Of a stretch of DNA of 22,247 nt, positions 18,781 through 22,247 are shown piece by piece. Each line of letters opens with the position of its first letter. Position 1 is the stretch's first letter. A program made the translations under genes and the position numbers. Source of the DNA: Paraspadella gotoi (taxonomy: Eukaryota > Animalia > Chaetognatha). The notes beneath the pieces were generated by a model. It saw nothing but the letters and a program-made list of their open reading frames with translations, was not told the DNA's origin and did not search any database. Location of the stretch: the NCBI GenBank assembly GCA_051294375.1, contig JBJCIZ010000630.1:1-22247 (forward strand), given 5' to 3'.

Positions 18781-20599
18781 GGAAGCTTGAGAGAAAAAAC
18801 TGATTTTTCTGATAATCTCTTGACGAGGAACAAAAGCATACAGGGATGGCAATAGTACCCCAAAATGAAGCCATAATCATTGGGCACAACCAAGTTACAA
18901 TATTAGAATTATTTTGCTGAAACCTCTTTACAGCCGCGTGAGTGTCAAAACTAAGTCAATAATTATAATGAATTTTTAAAAATAAATGCAAAACCCATAA
19001 AAATAAATGAAATTAATTTTTTAGTGATTCTGAAGAAAAAAGGCCTAAATTGTACTCTAGTAAAACTTAAAGTTTTTTGGATACAGAAAATATAAATTTT
19101 TTTTTCACTTAAATATTTGTTTGACTGATATTACAAGCGATGCTTTACAAAATTCTACAAAATATTTATTTCACCCAATTCCACAGCCTAGACTATTTAT
19201 CCTTCTTTTCCACCAGCAAAAAGAAACATTATCTTATGTTAGAGAACAGGATGTTTACTGAAATGAGCTGGGAAGAAGTTCAACTACTTCACTTTAATGC
19301 CATTTTTCCAATAATAAGAATAGGCGCCGAATTTTTTAATTTATTAACTCTCACAGGCTTCACAAACATCTATACTTTCATAGATATCCAATGTTAATGT
19401 AATTCATTATATTTTTTAGACCCAGAAATTATAAAATAATAGACAGTTATGCCGATATCCCTTTAGTTCATTTACAGGAAAAAATAACTAGCCGTTAAAT
19501 TTAAAAGTTTGTAAGAGGAAGTCAGAATCGTCGAAAATCTTAAAAGGAGAAAGTGTGAAAAAAGGCCAGAGGAATGTTCTGCGGTGTTTATGCGTCAATT
19601 CCTTCTAAACGCCGATCGGGCCAATTTAGACGTAACTTAAGATTTACATTATTCCAGTCATTCTCTATCCAAAAACATTATGAAAAAAGGTTGGGATCGA
19701 GCTTTAAAGAATTTGGTTCTACATTTGCTATTTTTTTCTTTCTTTATTATATTTCTTTGTTTGTGTGGTGCCAGAATAAGATAGAAGGAGGGTGAGGAAA
19801 TAGGGCTACCCCTACGTTGGAGTGCTTTTTTGAGTTCTTGGCGTATATATATCTCTTATGTATCATTTTAGCGCAGGCGATGGGAGCTGTATATATCTGA
19901 GCAGTCGGAGCTGCATTATTTGCGCCGGTATCTATATATTATATATTTTCTTATCTATATATGAGCTGGATGTGGAGGATTTATCTTGGCCCGAGCTGCG
20001 AGCTGGAGCCGAGCGGGCCAAAAAAAGGCTAAACTCCAGCTCCAAGAAAATTTTTGGAAATTAATAAAATTTATAAAAATATATATTAATTTTCAAATAT
20101 GAAAAAATGCTATTTGCATGGACGGTGACCATTAATTTTAAGGTAGTTTTACTTACAAGTTTTCTTCTGAAACTTGGAAACATCTTTAAGTTTAAAGTGA
20201 TTTGATTCAAAAGCTATTATAAAAAAAATATTATATATATCTATATCTATATCTATTATCTCCTTTATATGCAACAGCTTGAATACCCTAATTTAAGAAA
20301 TATATATTATTTGAAGCTTTATTTCTATTTTCTCATTATATAGTATTTATATCTATGAAAGGAATATACTCATTCAACCATGTATTTTAAGCACTTATGG
20401 TTGTTACTGAGCAAGCAGTAAGCACGTAAGATCAATAAGGGTACCAAAGCGAGAAACGACAAGGTGCCAAAGAAAAAATAATTGTCCAAAAAAATACTAC
20501 CAATTAAATTTATATCTTTATTCTCTCCTCTGCTTCTAACGCTGTTTAACAATATTAATAAATCTGCCAGCATCACCACTCCATCTGTCTATTTCCAAA

Positions 20600-21268
20600 T
20601 GTCATCGTATATATATATCCACCAACCGGTCTGTGATCAGCGGCGCCTAGTTGGGCCGATGGGCAAGTGATCGTTCCTCCCATCCCAAAGCGTCCGGGGT
20701 TTCTATCTCTCTCTTGCCTTAGCAGTTAAGAGGGCGATCGGGGGCGCTTAACCGCCTAAGTAACTATGGTGTTACAGACCTGATCCCAAAGCCTCAGGGA
20801 CTGCTTTACCATGCTGAAAACTCTATATCACTAACACTATATCTATTATCACTCGCTATACTATCTCTTATCTTCCGTAACACAACAATCCATCATAAAA
20901 TGTTCAGCCGACGATTGCTCTCACCTGCGATTGCACTTTCCGCCTCACAACACATCATGCGACATGCCCTCAACTGTGGTTACGAACTTTCACCAACAAA
21001 AACAATTCACTGCAAAAGACTCATATCAATCTTCCACTAGCGAGGGGGGGATGTTGTGACTAAAATCCACCAACCATTACCATGCAGCCGGCCACATTGT
21101 GCCGGAGGCAAGTCATCTCGCCTCCCCAACCCAAAGAGGTTCCGGGGTTCTATCCTGCTCGCCTCATGCATATTAAGAGGATGGGGCGCTTAAACCCGCT
21201 CTAATCGTAATTACATGTTTCAGCTCTGATCTGAAGCTCGAGGGATGCTTACATTGAACGGTTCTGTC
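20600..21268 (+). mobile_element. Second TRIM family with a tRNA-like module in its LTRs (3' LTR cut by an N gap)
   Basis: Direct repeats 20600-~20820 and 21052-21268 (ATCCACCAACC...CCTCCC..CCCAAAG..TCCGGGGTT(T)CTATC...TTAAGAGG..GGGGCGCTTAA.CCGC). PPT GAGGGGGGGA (21042-21051) lies directly before TGTTGTGAC. Candidate 5' LTR end is TCACAACA (20945-20952) or CACAACA (20887). PBS unclear; sequence noisy. Confidence 0.7.
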
Positions 21269-21293
21269 NNNNNNNNNNNNNNNNNNNNNNNNN

Positions 21294-21502
21294 TTTACCG
21301 TATTTTCACGTTTTAGAACGGTTTGTGGTCTGTGTGAAATATCTTTTGTATTTCATGCCCGCGATATCGGTGTTTGAGGCGTCGTAAATCTAACGTCGGC
21401 TCTTTAAAGAGTCTTTATGAATATACGCTGAATGATGAGGAAATTGATGAATAAAGAGTGGAGAAGAATGTTTACCAACTTTTAGTATTTTAAAAAAGTA
21501 TG
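21294..21502 (+). repeat. Near-exact duplicate of 16153-16361 between N gaps
   Basis: Direct match with one visible substitution. Confidence 0.9.
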
Positions 21503-21512
21503 NNNNNNNNNN

Positions 21513-22247
21513 TACTGTCTCTTCATTTCCAAGTTTTAGGACAGAAACTTGTAAGTAAAACTATCTTAATTAATGGTNNNNNNNNNNNNNNNNNNNNNNN
21601 NNNNNNNNNNNNNNNNNNNNNNNNNNNNNNNNNNNNNNNNNNNNNNNNNNNNNNNNNNNNNNNNNNNNNNNNNNNNNNNNNNNNNNNNNNNNNNNNNNNN
21701 NNNNNNNNNNNNNNNNNNNNNNNNNNNNNNNNNNNNNNNNNNNNAAAATTAATATATTTTTATAAATTTTATTATTTCCAAAAAATTTTTTGGAGCTGGA
21801 GTTAAGCCTTTTTTTGCCTGCTCCGGCTCCAGGTCCAGCTCCGGCGAAGATAAAATCTCAACTCCAGCTCCAGCTCCCGCTCCGGTAAGAAAATAAATTC
21901 ANNNNNNNNNNNNNNNNNNNNNNNNNNNNNNNNNNNNNNNNNNNNNNNNNNNNNNNNNNNNNNNNNNNNNNNNNNNNNNNNNNNNNNNNNNNNNNNNNNN
22001 NNNNNNNNNNNNNNNNNNNNNNNNNNNNNNNNNNNNNNNNNNNNNNNNNNNNNNNNNNNNNNNNNNNNNNNNGCCCTAAATGATACATAGAGAAGTATGT
22101 TGGCCAAGAACTAAAAAACACTCCAACAGTAGGGGTAGCCCCACTATTTTTGCAACCACACAACAAAGAAATTTCAACAGCAATCAGAAGAAAGAAAAAA
22201 ATAGCAAATGTAGAACCAAATTCTTAAACTCGATCCCAAACCTTTTT
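21513..22247 (-). repeat. Gapped inverted duplicate of about 19684-20190
   Basis: The window end is close to the reverse complement of AAAAAGGTTGGGATCGAG...ATTTGGTTCTACATTTGCTA. 21745-21900 matches about 19940-20090; 21513-21577 matches about 20127-20190. Confidence 0.85.

Overview
AT-rich eukaryotic draft scaffold, most likely an invertebrate animal. It has spliceosomal introns, many N gaps (four exactly 25 N long) and noisy duplicated segments that look like long-read gap filling. Host genes: a three-exon MIEAP/SPATA18-like gene (5184-6852, +); the 3' end of a MAT2B-like gene followed 244 bp later by the N-terminal exon of a TRMT10-like gene (12645-14500, +, with a noisy inverted copy at about 9300-10795); and a possible degraded NIPSNAP-like fragment (-). 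The rest is mobile DNA. The most notable element is a complete 679-bp non-coding LTR element (TRIM; 2685-3363, -) with a 4-bp TSD, PBS and PPT, whose LTRs contain a tRNA-derived Pol III A/B-box module. A near-full solo LTR of it starts exactly at a splice donor of the MIEAP gene. A second, divergent tRNA-in-LTR element (20600-21268, +) shares a conserved core downstream of the tRNA module. Also present: a Penelope GIY-YIG fragment with inverted pseudo-LTRs, a 208-bp solo LTR, hammerhead-like motifs in Penelope-type repeats, a Tc1/mariner-type MITE, Helentron/HINE-like repeats and an 18-bp satellite. An empty-site copy at 1-370 confirms two of the insertions. All family assignments come from recalled motifs, not database searches.
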